Below are positions 1 through 9,735 of a DNA stretch of 64,000 bases, piece by piece. The DNA lies in the NCBI GenBank assembly GCA_044868695.1, contig JBIOWP010000084.1:1-64000 (forward strand), given 5' to 3'. The notes under the pieces were generated by a model that saw nothing but the letters and a program-made list of their open reading frames with translations, was not told the origin of the DNA and ran no database searches. How positions within the stretch are numbered: the stretch's first letter is position 1; every line of letters begins with the position of its first letter. The stretch comes from a bacterium. Lineage in GTDB: Bacteria > Sysuimicrobiota > Sysuimicrobiia > Sysuimicrobiales > Kaftiobacteriaceae. The position numbers were made by a program, and so were the translations under genes.

Positions 1-85
1 GAGTGCGAACACGAATGACCACGCACACCATATTGCGGGTGACAATCAGGCTGAGGCGGACTGGACTCGGTGCTTTGGAATAACA

Positions 86-120
86 GACACAACAAACGAC
101 CCGGAGAAGGTCCGGGTCGT
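86..120 (-). terminator. Intrinsic terminator, probable expression platform of the c-di-AMP riboswitch
   Basis: Perfect 10-bp stem ACGACCCGGA (96-105) / TCCGGGTCGT (111-120); the minus strand continues TTGTTGTGT; lies just 3' of the aptamer. Confidence 0.75.
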
Positions 121-134
121 CACGATACCCGATT

Positions 135-263
135 ACCCTCTCTCGGTGCCTGCGAGGTTAGCTGACGGGCTCGGGCCGAGAGAGTGCCCTGCTCGCTTCC
201 GCGAGCTTCGCCCCAATAACCTGGTTCCCCCGCTCCCTGCGTTGCCGCAGGGATTTGGCGATA
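135..263 (-). ncRNA. Cyclic di-AMP (ydaO/yuaA) riboswitch controlling a gene left of the window
   Basis: Minus strand reads CGCCAAATCC-hairpin-GGAGCGGGGGAACCA...TGGGGCGAA-hairpin-CAGGG...CCCGAGCCCGTCAGCTAACCTCGCAGGC, matching the ydaO consensus blocks. Confidence 0.9.
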
Positions 264-286
264 ATGCGTATTTGAATATTGAGATT

Positions 287-317
287 ATCTTAGCACACGG
301 CTGCACACCCCTGTCAA
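287..317 (-). promoter_or_regulatory. Putative sigma70-type promoter of the riboswitch leader
   Basis: TTGACA (317-312) and TGcTAAGAT extended -10 (295-287); the 19-nt spacer is longer than ideal. Confidence 0.5.
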
Positions 318-520
318 CGCCGTTACACTAATTGCTTCGCTAAGCAAGTTCTTGAAAGAGGGCACTACGAAGGCCGACACTACCGGGTCAAGCCCGCTCT
401 TCCTTAATCATGTTGCGAGTGCTGCGAGGAAAATTCATCCACATGGAGAACCCGGTGTCCAATCCTGATCGGCAGGCGGCTTCTGACCATCGCTATTCAG
501 AATGCACGTAGGAGGGTCGA

Positions 521-2296
521 TTGCCACTCGAAGTTACTATCCTGCTTACGATTGTGGCCGCCGCGCTCATCGTCCTCGCTTTCGAGTGGGTGCCGGCTGA
601 CGTCGTTGGGCTCCTAGTGTTGCTCCTGCTGGTCATTACGGGCTTGTTGCCGGCGGCGGACGCGTTCGCCGGTTTCGGCAGCGAGACGGTCTTGATGATT
701 CTCGGGTTGTTGATCCTCACGGCGGCGCTCACCCACACCGGTGTTGTCGACGCGTTCGGGCGATTCATACTCAAGCACACAGGGGGGAACCCGCTTGGCC
801 TGTTCATCATGACGACGGCTCCGGTGACGTTCCTCTCGTCTTTGATCAGTAATACTGCGGCGACCGCTCTCTTCTTGCCCATCGTCATGGGCGTCGCCGC
901 CCGGGCGAAGGTGGACCCGGGCCAGCTCCTCATGCCCGTCGCGTTTGCCGCCATCCTGGCGAGTTCGGTCACGTTGATCGGCACGTCGACCAACATCGTG
1001 ATCAGCGGGCTGCTCGTCCGCTACGGCATGCCGTCGATCGGCATGTTCGAACTCACCGCGGTAGGACTGCCCATCGCCGTCACCGGTCTCGCCTACCTCT
1101 TGTTGTTGGGTCGGCGTTTGATGCCGCGCCGGCGTGAAAAGCAGGATCTCACCGATCGGTTTGGTATCCGCCAGTACCTCAGCGAACTCATCGTCAAACC
1201 GGACTCCCCGTTCGTGGGCAAGACACTGGCTGAGGCCGGACTGCAGAGGAACCTCGATATCACCGTCCTGCAGCTCATCCGCGAAGACGGGCGGCGGATC
1301 AGGGGGCGGTCAGAAACCAAACTCGCTGCGGGAGATCTCCTCGTTGTGGAAGCCGAAAGTGATGATCTCCTGAAGATTCAAGATACGGCGGGAATCGACA
1401 TCAGAGGGGATGTGACCGTCGGCGAAACCGATCTTCAGAATGATGAAGTGCGCCTGGCCGAGACCATCGTCCTGCCGGGCTCGACACTGGTCGGGCGAAC
1501 CCTCGCCGATGCGCGTTTCCCCGAACGATACGGCCTGCACGTACTGGCCGTCAATCGCCGCGGGGGAACGCTCCGCCGCAAGATGAGCCGCGCCCGGTTG
1601 CGTATGGGCGACGTCCTGTTGGTTCAAGGGGATGCAGCCAGCATTGCCGCACTCGACGACGAACGCGCGTTTCACGTGTTTGGCGAAGTCGCATCGCGTC
1701 GGCTGAACCTCAAGCGGGCGCCGCTCGCCGTTGCCATTTTCGTCAGCGCGCTCGTCGTGGCGGCGGCGAACCTGCTGCCGTTGTCGGTTGCAATGCTGGC
1801 CGGAGCCGCGCTGGTACTCGTGACGCGGTGTGTGACGCCGGAGGAAGCCTACCGCCAGATCGATTGGAAGTTGCTGATTCTGATCGGAAGTCTGCTCGCA
1901 GTGGGCGCGGCAATGGTGGAAACCGGAACCGCCCGCTTCCTGGCAATCCGCCTGGTGGAATCGGTGGGCACACTGCAGCCGATTTGGTTGCTAGCGGCTT
2001 TCTTCGCTGTGACCGTCCTGCTCACGCAGCCGATGTCGAATCAAGCCGCTGCCGTCGTGGTGCTGCCGGTGGCGGTGCAGACGGCGGTGCAGCTGGGATG
2101 GAATCCCCGCACCTTTGCGATGATGATCGCGATCGCCGCCAGCACGTCATTCCTAACCCCACTCGAGCCGGCGTGCTTGATGGTATACGGGCCTGGCCGC
2201 TACAGGTTCTTCGACTTCGTCCGGGTTGGGGCGCTCCTCACACTCGCCATCGGCGGCCTGGGCATCTTGCTCGTGCCGAGGTTCTGGCCACTGTAG
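521..2296 (+). CDS. SLC13/DASS-family permease with two TrkA-C (RCK_C) domains
   Basis: Many TM helices, ISNTAAT and TLIGTSTN motifs, tandem RCK_C repeats (SPFVGKTLAEA; STLVGRTLADA); AGGAGG upstream of the TTG start. Confidence 0.9.
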   Translation: MPLEVTILLTIVAAALIVLAFEWVPADVVGLLVLLLLVITGLLPAADAFAGFGSETVLMILGLLILTAALTHTGVVDAFGRFILKHTGGNPLGLFIMTTAPVTFLSSLISNTAATALFLPIVMGVAARAKVDPGQLLMPVAFAAILASSVTLIGTSTNIVISGLLVRYGMPSIGMFELTAVGLPIAVTGLAYLLLLGRRLMPRRREKQDLTDRFGIRQYLSELIVKPDSPFVGKTLAEAGLQRNLDITVLQLIREDGRRIRGRSETKLAAGDLLVVEAESDDLLKIQDTAGIDIRGDVTVGETDLQNDEVRLAETIVLPGSTLVGRTLADARFPERYGLHVLAVNRRGGTLRRKMSRARLRMGDVLLVQGDAASIAALDDERAFHVFGEVASRRLNLKRAPLAVAIFVSALVVAAANLLPLSVAMLAGAALVLVTRCVTPEEAYRQIDWKLLILIGSLLAVGAAMVETGTARFLAIRLVESVGTLQPIWLLAAFFAVTVLLTQPMSNQAAAVVVLPVAVQTAVQLGWNPRTFAMMIAIAASTSFLTPLEPACLMVYGPGRYRFFDFVRVGALLTLAIGGLGILLVPRFWPL

Positions 2297-2325
2297 CGGA
2301 TCCCTGCCTGAGGGTGCCTAGGTGC

Positions 2326-2650
2326 CTAGGGTCGATGGAGTTTGCTTAACCTGCCGTCCTGCAAGACCACCTGGCCTTCTTCCAGGAGTTCTTTGAGTTT
2401 GGTGAGGTTGTCGGCCACTGCTGACCTGACCCTTCGCGCGCCCAGCGATTCAACCACCGCAGGGGTTCCCGTATCGAGCTTCCATTCGTCTCTGACACGT
2501 GTCATGCCCTGCTCTTCATAGAGTACAAATCTCATCTCAAGACCCGGAGACGATTGCGGCAGGGTTTTCACGGCCACCGCACGGTTTTGGTCGAACTCTG
2601 TGATGTGAAAATCCTGTTCGTCGGTCCTCCTGATCTGGTACCGGAAATGA
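2326..2650 (-). pseudogene. 5'-truncated gene fragment, possibly SRPBCC/START-like
   Basis: Frame is open from the tRNA-Sec 3' end (HFRYQIRRTDEQDFHITEFDQNRAVAVKT...) to a C-terminal helix (AVADNLTKLKELLE); no plausible N-terminus. Confidence 0.45.
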
Positions 2651-2651
2651 C

Positions 2652-2745
2652 TGGCGGAGGGCTGTAGGAATCGAACCTACCGGAGACCGACTGGCCTCCC
2701 GCCGGTTTTGAAGACCGGAAGGGCCACCAGGCCCCATTGCCCTCC
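2652..2745 (-). tRNA. selC: tRNA-Sec (anticodon UCA)
   Basis: 94-nt cloverleaf with 6-bp D stem, anticodon arm CCGGT-CTTCAAA-ACCGG, long variable arm, GTTCGATT T loop and encoded CCA; directly downstream of selAB. Confidence 0.97.
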
Positions 2746-2756
2746 GCGCCACCACA

Positions 2757-2790
2757 GAGACCAGGGACCGGGGACCCGGGACCAGGACCA
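2757..2790. repeat. Heptamer tandem repeat (GGGACCN)x4-5
   Basis: GAGACCA GGGACCG GGGACCC GGGACCA GGACCA between selB and selC; same unit as 35518-35595. Confidence 0.8.
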
Positions 2791-2813
2791 AGCCAGCGAT
2801 ACCCCTGAGGACG

Positions 2814-4736
2814 TCACGGTTGCTGCTGGGGTAAGGCGGCTGGATTCAACAGTACCCGGGCATCTCCGATCCGGCGGGTCAGCTTGATCCTATCGAAGTA
2901 CTCCAGGACGGTCAACGCATACTTCCGGCTGGTCTGCAGACGGTCGCGCAGCCCCGCGACGGTGATGGTGCCCATCTTGTCGATTTCCTCGGCGACGACC
3001 GCTTTGACTTCGTCGAGTACGCCGCGGTCGAAGAAGATCCCGGGCGCGATTTCAACCACCGTGCCCTCGTCGAGCAGCATGCGGAGCATCCGCTCGAACA
3101 CCGCTAACTCCCCTGCCCCTTTGGCCATCTCGTCGCGCGAGGGAGGTGCAAAGCGGCCGCTGCGCAGCAGGCGGACGACATGGTCTCGGGCTTTCACGTC
3201 GGGCCCGCCGAGAGACGGTGTGTAGCCCGGACGCCGGACGAACTCGCCGGTCTCCTCGACGACGTTGCCCGCTGCCATCTGGGCCAGCACATGAGCGTAC
3301 AGCCGGCTGTCACCTGCACCCAGCGCCTTTGTCTTCAGTTCATCTTTAGGAATGCCGACCCGCCAGGGATGTGCGTCGTGGAAGGAGCCGATCTCCCGTG
3401 TGATGGCGTTGGTCAGCCCGTCCGCCGCCTGCCGGTGGAAGAGATGTCCCCGGAGCTCCAGGATACTGCCGCGGGCTACCATCGCCGAGATCGCTTCATC
3501 TACTTGAGTCCGTCCTGCCGAAACCTTCTTGACGAGTTCCTCCGGTGTGGTCCCCTGCCGGCCGGAGTCCAGCACGGCGGCTTCTACGCGGTCGGACAGG
3601 CCTCCGGCGGTGGCCTGCTCGATGGCCTCGACGCTGGCCGCCCCGCGCCGCCGTTTCGGGGCATGCGCATTGATAATCTCGCCTCCACCGACGGTCGTCA
3701 TGGGCGAGAATCGCCGGATCACGAAGGGATCGCCGTCGGCAGCGACCACAAGGCGTTCCAGCTTCACCTGGGCGACCGTCGAGGCGTTTGGTTCCAGCCG
3801 CGGCCGGTCCAGCAGCACCACACGTCCGATTGCCTCATCGGATCCGATGTAGAGCCGGACCCGCCCCAGGTGGGCCAGGGCCGGCGACCCGGCGAGCAGC
3901 GTGAGGTGGATGTCCACCAGACTGGTCGGCCGGAAGACGCCGGGCGTGCAGAGGACGTTGCCGCGTTCGACATCACTTTTCTCGATCCCGGCGAGGTTCA
4001 CGGCCACCCGCGACCCGGCCATGCCTGCCGCCACCGTCTGGCCGTGGGACTGGACCCCTCTCACCCGGATCTCGCGGCCCTGCGGCAGGATTTCCAGCGT
4101 ATCGCCGGTCGCAATCCGGCCACTCCACAATGTGCCGGTGACGACGGTGCCGAACCCCGGCATGACAAACGCCCGATCGATGGGGAGGCGGGCCGGCGCG
4201 TCCACCTCATGCGCCGGCAGTTGATCGAGCAGGCGGTCCATGGTCTGCACCAGCGCGGCGGTCCCCTGCCCTGTTTTGGCCGACACGTCAACGACCGGCG
4301 CACCGTCCAGAAAAGTACCGGCCACCAGCGTCTTCACATCTTCTCTCACTAGCGAGAGCCAGGACGGTTCTTCGACGAGATCGACCTTGTTCAGGACGAC
4401 GACGCCGGCCCGGACCGGGAGGAACCGCAGGATATCCAGGTGCTCGCGGGTTTGCGGCATGATCCCTTCGTCGGCGGCGATGACGAGCAGGACGAGGTCG
4501 ATGCCGGTCGCTCCGGCCAGCATGTTCTTGATCAGACGCTCATGGCCCGGCACGTCCACGATACCGACCCGCCTGCCGCTGGGGAGGTCGAAGTGGGCGA
4601 AGCCGAGGTCGATCGTCATGCCCCGGCGCCTCTCTTCATCGAGCCGGTCGGGGTCGGTGCCGGTGAGGGCTTTAACCAGCGCGCTCTTGCCGTGATCGAT
4701 GTGACCAGCCGTCCCCGCGACGAAGAGCGTACGCAT
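2814..4736 (-). CDS. selB: Selenocysteine-specific elongation factor SelB
   Basis: [30 protein letters not shown] motifs; C-terminal winged helix with [13 protein letters not shown]. Confidence 0.97.
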   Translation of the reverse strand: MRTLFVAGTAGHIDHGKSALVKALTGTDPDRLDEERRRGMTIDLGFAHFDLPSGRRVGIVDVPGHERLIKNMLAGATGIDLVLLVIAADEGIMPQTREHLDILRFLPVRAGVVVLNKVDLVEEPSWLSLVREDVKTLVAGTFLDGAPVVDVSAKTGQGTAALVQTMDRLLDQLPAHEVDAPARLPIDRAFVMPGFGTVVTGTLWSGRIATGDTLEILPQGREIRVRGVQSHGQTVAAGMAGSRVAVNLAGIEKSDVERGNVLCTPGVFRPTSLVDIHLTLLAGSPALAHLGRVRLYIGSDEAIGRVVLLDRPRLEPNASTVAQVKLERLVVAADGDPFVIRRFSPMTTVGGGEIINAHAPKRRRGAASVEAIEQATAGGLSDRVEAAVLDSGRQGTTPEELVKKVSAGRTQVDEAISAMVARGSILELRGHLFHRQAADGLTNAITREIGSFHDAHPWRVGIPKDELKTKALGAGDSRLYAHVLAQMAAGNVVEETGEFVRRPGYTPSLGGPDVKARDHVVRLLRSGRFAPPSRDEMAKGAGELAVFERMLRMLLDEGTVVEIAPGIFFDRGVLDEVKAVVAEEIDKMGTITVAGLRDRLQTSRKYALTVLEYFDRIKLTRRIGDARVLLNPAALPQQQP

Positions 4737-4748
4737 TTACGAATCACT

Positions 4749-4800
4749 ATTCACGATATTCACTCTTGACGTTCTATTCACGATTCACTCTTGACGTTCT
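4749..4800. repeat. Imperfect tandem duplication (27 + 25 nt) at the selA-selB junction
   Basis: ATTCACGATATTCACTCTTGACGTTCT followed by ATTCACGATTCACTCTTGACGTTCT. Confidence 0.8.
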
Positions 4801-6160
4801 TGAGCGCCGTAACGACGGTCTCTTCATCGCCCGGTAAGAGCGTGCGCACATCGAGGAGCACCGCATCGCTGGCAATGCGTCCGAAGACGGGCGGCCGGTG
4901 CGACCTGAGGCGCTGCTCGAGCGTACCCGGCGGGAGCGGTGAGACGATGGCCACCGCGACCGACAGGAGCCGCGCGTCCGGCAGGGATCCGCCGCCGGCT
5001 TCGGCCGCGGTCGCCTTCAGATCAACACGCCAGGTATCAGGGACGGCGGCCGCAATCGCCTCACGCAGCCGCTGCGCCCGCTCCTGCAGCTCTTCCAGTC
5101 CGGCGGACAGCATCCGCAGGACCGGTACCGCTGTCCACACCGCCTTCGGATCAATGTACTCCTGGAGGGTGGCGGCCAGCGCCGCGTAGTCCAACTTATC
5201 CATGCGAACCGCCCGCGCCAGAGGATGGGATCGAATGGCCTCGACCGGTTTGGTCCGGCCCACGATAAGGCCGGCCTGCGGACCGCCGAGTAGCTTGTCA
5301 CCGCTGAATGTGACGACGTCGCATCCCGCGGCGACCGCGTCCTGCACGGTGGGTTCGTAGGGCAGGCCGCGCTCGCGCAGGTCGACCAGGCAACCGCTGC
5401 CGAGATCGAACAGCACCGGGATTCCGTGACGCCTGCCCACCTCGACGAGATCTGCGGCGGACGTTTCCGCGACGAACCCGCTGACGGTGAAGTTGCTGCG
5501 ATGGACTTTGACGAGCAGAGCGGTATTCGGGGTAATCGCCCGTTCGTAATCCCGGAGGTGAGTGCGGTTCGTCGTTCCCACTTCGACCAGCACCGTTCCA
5601 CCGGCGGCCATGACCTCGGGCATACGGAACGAACCGCCGATCTCCACCAGCTCCCCGCGGGAGACGATCGCCTCCTTGCCCCGCCCCAGGGCGGCCAGGG
5701 CCAGGAGTACGGCCGCGGCGTTGTTGTTGACGGCGTGCGCGGCCTCGGCGCCGGTCAGGCGGGCAAGCAGCCGCTCGACATGCTGGTGGCGAGATCCACG
5801 GCGCCCGGTCTCGATGTCGATCTCGAGCGTCGAATAGCCGGTCATGACCTCCGCGACCGCCCGGGCGGCGGCGTCGGAGAGCGGCGCCCGCCCGAGGTTG
5901 GTATGGAGAATCACGCCTGTGGCGTTCACGGCGCGCGCCAGTGTGACTGCCGCCCGCGTTTGCACGAGCCGCCTGAGGCGGTCCAGCAGCGCCTCTGCTG
6001 ACACGTCCACCTGCTCCGCACGCAGCAGGTGCTCTCGGGCATCGTCGACAATCGTGCGGGCGCACTCGACGATGAGCGGACGCGGATAGCGGCCGGCTCC
6101 GTCCTCTTGAAGGAACTGGGAGGTCAGCCGCTCGACTGAGGGGAGGTGACGTAAGGCCAT
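4778..6160 (-). CDS. selA: L-seryl-tRNA(Sec) selenium transferase
   Basis: NATGVILHTNLGRAP, VNNNAAA, SRGELVEIGGSFR and PLP lysine motif FSGDKLLGGPQAG; ATG at 6160 overlaps the upstream TAA. Confidence 0.97.
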   Translation of the reverse strand: MALRHLPSVERLTSQFLQEDGAGRYPRPLIVECARTIVDDAREHLLRAEQVDVSAEALLDRLRRLVQTRAAVTLARAVNATGVILHTNLGRAPLSDAAARAVAEVMTGYSTLEIDIETGRRGSRHQHVERLLARLTGAEAAHAVNNNAAAVLLALAALGRGKEAIVSRGELVEIGGSFRMPEVMAAGGTVLVEVGTTNRTHLRDYERAITPNTALLVKVHRSNFTVSGFVAETSAADLVEVGRRHGIPVLFDLGSGCLVDLRERGLPYEPTVQDAVAAGCDVVTFSGDKLLGGPQAGLIVGRTKPVEAIRSHPLARAVRMDKLDYAALAATLQEYIDPKAVWTAVPVLRMLSAGLEELQERAQRLREAIAAAVPDTWRVDLKATAAEAGGGSLPDARLLSVAVAIVSPLPPGTLEQRLRSHRPPVFGRIASDAVLLDVRTLLPGDEETVVTALKNVKSES

Positions 6161-6375
6161 TACCGGACGAGCAGTCCGAGCGCGACACCCGCGGCGGCGA
6201 CCAGCACGGTGATCGTGACGATGCGCCGCACGTCGGCCCGCACGCGGGCCATCAGGTCCTCGTCGGTCTGCCACACTGCGGCGGCCGTCTGCGGGCCCGG
6301 CCGCAGCCGGCGGCCGCACCTCTGACAGACGATCTTGCCGCTGGGGTTCTCGGTGCCGCAGTTGGGACACTTCAT
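6160..6375 (-). CDS. Small zinc-ribbon protein with C-terminal TM helix (71 aa)
   Basis: MKCPNCG...CQRCG plus hydrophobic C-terminus; GAGGAGG RBS; overlaps both neighbouring genes. Confidence 0.8.
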   Translation of the reverse strand: MKCPNCGTENPSGKIVCQRCGRRLRPGPQTAAAVWQTDEDLMARVRADVRRIVTITVLVAAAGVALGLLVR

Positions 6376-7220
6376 GCGCGACCTCCTCGAGGCACTGATC
6401 CCTTCTTCTGCTGGTATCGCTCTTTGAGCTCCACAACACACTCCACCGGCACGTATTGGGAACCCGGCGGGACCTTGGTGGCCAGATCACCGCCGTGGAA
6501 GTCCGTGCCGCCCGTGACCAGCAGCCCGTGCTGCTTCGCCACATCCAGGTAGCGTGTGATCATGGCCGGAGTGTGGTCGGGGTAATACACTTCCAGGCCT
6601 TCCAGTCCCGCGTCGACCAGCGCCGGGATCATCTCGTCCCGGACCCCCCACCCCGGGTGCGCGAGGACGGGAATTCCCCCTGCGCGCCGGAGCAGCTGGA
6701 TCGCGTCCTGCGGGCTGACCTTCATCCGTTCGACGTAGGCGGGCCCATTGCGGCCCAGGTACTTGTCAAAGGCTTCCTCGGTGTTCCGGACGGCACCGGT
6801 TTCGACCAGCGCCCGGGCCACATGAGGGCGGCCGACCGCGCCTGAGGCGATGGCCCGCACCCGGGCAAAATCGACCCGGATGCCCAGGTGGTTGAGCTTT
6901 TCCACCATCTTGGCTGCCCGGTTAACCCGGCCATCCCGCAGCCGCTGGAGGAACTCTGCGAACCACGGCTGGCGGTGGTCGATGTAGTACCCCAGCACGT
7001 GGATTTCGGAGTCGTCCACGTCGGTGTTGATCTCAACGGCGGGAATGACCTCGACGCCCAGACGCGTCCCGGCCGCCTGGGCCGCGTTCACACTGTCCGT
7101 GGAGTCGTGGTCGGCGACGGCGAGCACTCCGACTCCGGCGTCCTTGGCCAGGGCGACCAGCGCCTCGGCGGTCAGCAGCCCATCGGAGGCGACCGTATGG
7201 GTGTGCAGGTCAATGCGCAT
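6372..7220 (-). CDS. PHP-domain phosphoesterase (TrpH/YciV-like)
   Basis: DLHTHTVASDG, ADHD, GRPHVA, LAHP and GGTDFHG motifs. Confidence 0.92.
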   Translation of the reverse strand: MRIDLHTHTVASDGLLTAEALVALAKDAGVGVLAVADHDSTDSVNAAQAAGTRLGVEVIPAVEINTDVDDSEIHVLGYYIDHRQPWFAEFLQRLRDGRVNRAAKMVEKLNHLGIRVDFARVRAIASGAVGRPHVARALVETGAVRNTEEAFDKYLGRNGPAYVERMKVSPQDAIQLLRRAGGIPVLAHPGWGVRDEMIPALVDAGLEGLEVYYPDHTPAMITRYLDVAKQHGLLVTGGTDFHGGDLATKVPPGSQYVPVECVVELKERYQQKKGSVPRGGRA

Positions 7221-8004
7221 CAGATGCCTCGACCTCCAGCACCCGCTCGATGGACCGGGCCCGCCCGCTGGTGTCGTCGACGTCGAGGACGACCGCGCTC
7301 AGCTGCGCCGGGCCGGAGGCAACTTCAAACCGCACCGGCAGCTGGGTCAGAAAACGCTCCAGGATCTTCTCCCGGTCCATGCCGATCACGCCGTCGCGTG
7401 GGCCGGTCATACCGACGTCGGAGATGTACGCGGTCCCGCCCGGCAGCACGCGGTCGTCTGCCGTCTGCACGTGGGTGTGCGTGCCGACCACGGCGCTTGC
7501 GCGCCCGTCGAGGTACCAGCCCAGGGCAATCTTCTCGCTTGTGGCTTCCGCGTGAAAATCCACGACGATGAGCGGTGTGGTATCCCGGAGGCGCTCGCAC
7601 TCCGCACGGGCGGCGCGAAACGGGTCGTCCAGATCCGTCATGAAGACACGGCCCTGCAGGTTGACGACCCCCACCTGCCGGCCGTTGGATCCGGCCACGA
7701 CCGTCGCGCCGCGGCCGGGGGTGCCGGGCGGATAGTTCAGCGGCCGGATCACCCGCGGGTCGCTGTCGAGCAGTTCGTAGGCGTCGCGGTGCTGCCAGGT
7801 ATGGTTCCCGCCGGTGATCACGCCGACCCCTGCGGCAAGGATTTCCTGCGCCGTGTCGGTGCTGATGCCGGCACCGCCGGCGGCGTTCTCCCCGTTGGCG
7901 ATGACTAGCTCGATCTTGTGCCGCTGCCGCAAGACAGGCAGCCGGTCGCGCAGGATGCGGCGCCCGGGCTTGCCGTGAATGTCTCCGACGAAGAGGATGC
8001 GCAT
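7210..8004 (-). CDS. ymdB: YmdB-family (TIGR00282) metallophosphoesterase
   Basis: GDIHGKPGR, NGENAAGG, GGNH, DFHAEATSEK, GTHTHVQTAD motifs; follows rny. Confidence 0.93.
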   Translation of the reverse strand: MRILFVGDIHGKPGRRILRDRLPVLRQRHKIELVIANGENAAGGAGISTDTAQEILAAGVGVITGGNHTWQHRDAYELLDSDPRVIRPLNYPPGTPGRGATVVAGSNGRQVGVVNLQGRVFMTDLDDPFRAARAECERLRDTTPLIVVDFHAEATSEKIALGWYLDGRASAVVGTHTHVQTADDRVLPGGTAYISDVGMTGPRDGVIGMDREKILERFLTQLPVRFEVASGPAQLSAVVLDVDDTSGRARSIERVLEVEASDAH

Positions 8005-9542
8005 CAGCGCGCGTACTCGACGACGCGCGTTTCCCGCAACACCGTCACTTTGATCTGTCCAGGGTACTGCATCTCCTCCTCGATCTTCTTGGCGACGTCC
8101 CGCGCGAGCGCCGCCGCGGCGAGGTCGTCGATGTCGGTCGGCCGCACGATGACACGTACCTCGCGGCCGGCCTGGATCGCGTAGGCTTTCTCGACGCCGG
8201 TGAACGATGTAGCAATCCGTTCCAGTCCTTCCAGCCGCTTGACGTACATCTCTGCCGTTTCCTTGCGCGCCCCCGGCCGGCTGGCCGAAATCGCGTCGGC
8301 GGCGGCGACCAGGATCGCCTCCAGGCATTTGGCTTCTTCGTCCCCGTGATGATAGGTGATGGCGTTGAGGACTTCCGGCGGTTCGTGATAGCGCCGGCAG
8401 ATGTCGACGCCGATGGCGCTGTGCGTGCCTTCCACCTCGTGCGTGAGCGCTTTGCCGATATCGTGCAGGAATCCGGCGCGGCGGGCCAGTTGGGGGTTGG
8501 CGCCCAGCAGGTCGGCCATCAGGCCCGACAGCAGCGCCACCTCCACCGAGTGCGCCAGAAGGTTCTGGCCGTAGGAGAACCGGAAGCGCAGCCGCCCCAT
8601 GATCTTGATTTCCTCCGGGTGCAGGCCGTGCACACCGGCTTCGAACGCGGCGCGTTCCCCTTCTTCCCGGATGCGCTGGTCGAGCTCGCGCTGGGATTTC
8701 TCTACCATCTCTTCGATTCGCGCCGGGTGAATGCGGCCGTCGACGATGAGTTTCTCCAGCGCGATCTTCGCAATCTCGCGGCGGATGGGATCAAACGAGG
8801 AGAGCGTGACGGCCTCAGGCGTGTCGTCGATGATGAAGTCCACGCCGGTCAGCCCCTCGAGGGTGCGGATGTTCCGTCCCTCGCGGCCGATGATCCGGCC
8901 TTTCATGTCGTCATTGGGCAGGGGAACAACCGAGACGGTGACGTCGGCGGTATGATCCGCCGCGCACCGCTGGATGGCCAGCGCGATGATCTCACGAGCC
9001 CGGCGGTCGGCGTCCTCCCGGGCTTCGGCTTCGACCTTCTTGATGATCTGCAGCGCGTCGCCGCGCGCGTGTTCCTCGACCTGGCGCAGCAGCTGCTCGC
9101 GGGCCTGCTCGACGGTCAGCCCGGAGAGGCGCTCCAATTCCTGCTGCTGTTTGGCCTGCAGCGCCGCGGCCTCGTCACGGATACGGGCAATCGCTTGCTC
9201 TTTCTCGGCAAGGGTTCGGTCCCGGCCCTCTACAGCCTCCGTCTTACGATCCAGGGACTCTTCGCGCTGTTCCAGCCGTCGCTCAAGACGCTGAAGTTCG
9301 GCCCGCTGCTCGCGGATCTCCCGCTCCGCCTCCCGCTTAAGACGGAACGCCTCATCTTTGGCCTCAACGATGCCTTCACGTTTCTTCGCCTCGGCCTCTT
9401 TCGACGCTTCCTCGATGATCCGTCGGGCGGCCTCTTCGGCCGACTTAATCCGCGCCTCGGCGACGTACCTGCGCAGCAGATATCCCAGGAGGAATCCGGC
9501 GAACCCCGCCAGGGCAATGTACAAGACCGACGATGGTGACAT
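8004..9542 (-). CDS. rny: Ribonuclease Y
   Basis: N-terminal TM, coiled coil, KH domain ([13 protein letters not shown]), HD domain (LHDIGKA). Confidence 0.97.
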   Translation of the reverse strand: MSPSSVLYIALAGFAGFLLGYLLRRYVAEARIKSAEEAARRIIEEASKEAEAKKREGIVEAKDEAFRLKREAEREIREQRAELQRLERRLEQREESLDRKTEAVEGRDRTLAEKEQAIARIRDEAAALQAKQQQELERLSGLTVEQAREQLLRQVEEHARGDALQIIKKVEAEAREDADRRAREIIALAIQRCAADHTADVTVSVVPLPNDDMKGRIIGREGRNIRTLEGLTGVDFIIDDTPEAVTLSSFDPIRREIAKIALEKLIVDGRIHPARIEEMVEKSQRELDQRIREEGERAAFEAGVHGLHPEEIKIMGRLRFRFSYGQNLLAHSVEVALLSGLMADLLGANPQLARRAGFLHDIGKALTHEVEGTHSAIGVDICRRYHEPPEVLNAITYHHGDEEAKCLEAILVAAADAISASRPGARKETAEMYVKRLEGLERIATSFTGVEKAYAIQAGREVRVIVRPTDIDDLAAAALARDVAKKIEEEMQYPGQIKVTVLRETRVVEYAR

Positions 9543-9622
9543 GGCGGGTCATCTCCTCTGGGTTGTGACTACGTCGCGCGCGCTCTCACCTCAACTGAAT
9601 CGGATGGCGCTACTTCAGAATT

Positions 9623-9651
9623 ATTGTAGCCCCCAGCGGAAGGAGGGTCAA
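9623..9651 (-). promoter_or_regulatory. sigma70-type promoter for rny
   Basis: TTGACC-17 nt-TACAAT on the minus strand. Confidence 0.65.
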
Positions 9652-9658
9652 TTGAGGG

Positions 9659-9721
9659 TGTCAATCGGGGATTAACCTGATTGGCTGCTCGGGGAACGGG
9701 GGCCCACAGTGACCCCACGGG
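9659..9721. repeat. Degenerate direct repeat, copy 1
   Basis: Exact 18-mer TGTCAATCGGGGATTAAC plus CCCACAG..CCCACGGG, shared with 10145-10205. Confidence 0.8.
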
Positions 9722-9735
9722 CGACATCCCAGGGC

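Noticed and set aside
146..331. 61-aa plus-strand ORF
   Set aside because: It is antisense to the c-di-AMP riboswitch and its promoter, with no protein features
2537..2791. 84-aa minus-strand ORF
   Set aside because: It runs through tRNA-Sec and the heptamer repeat
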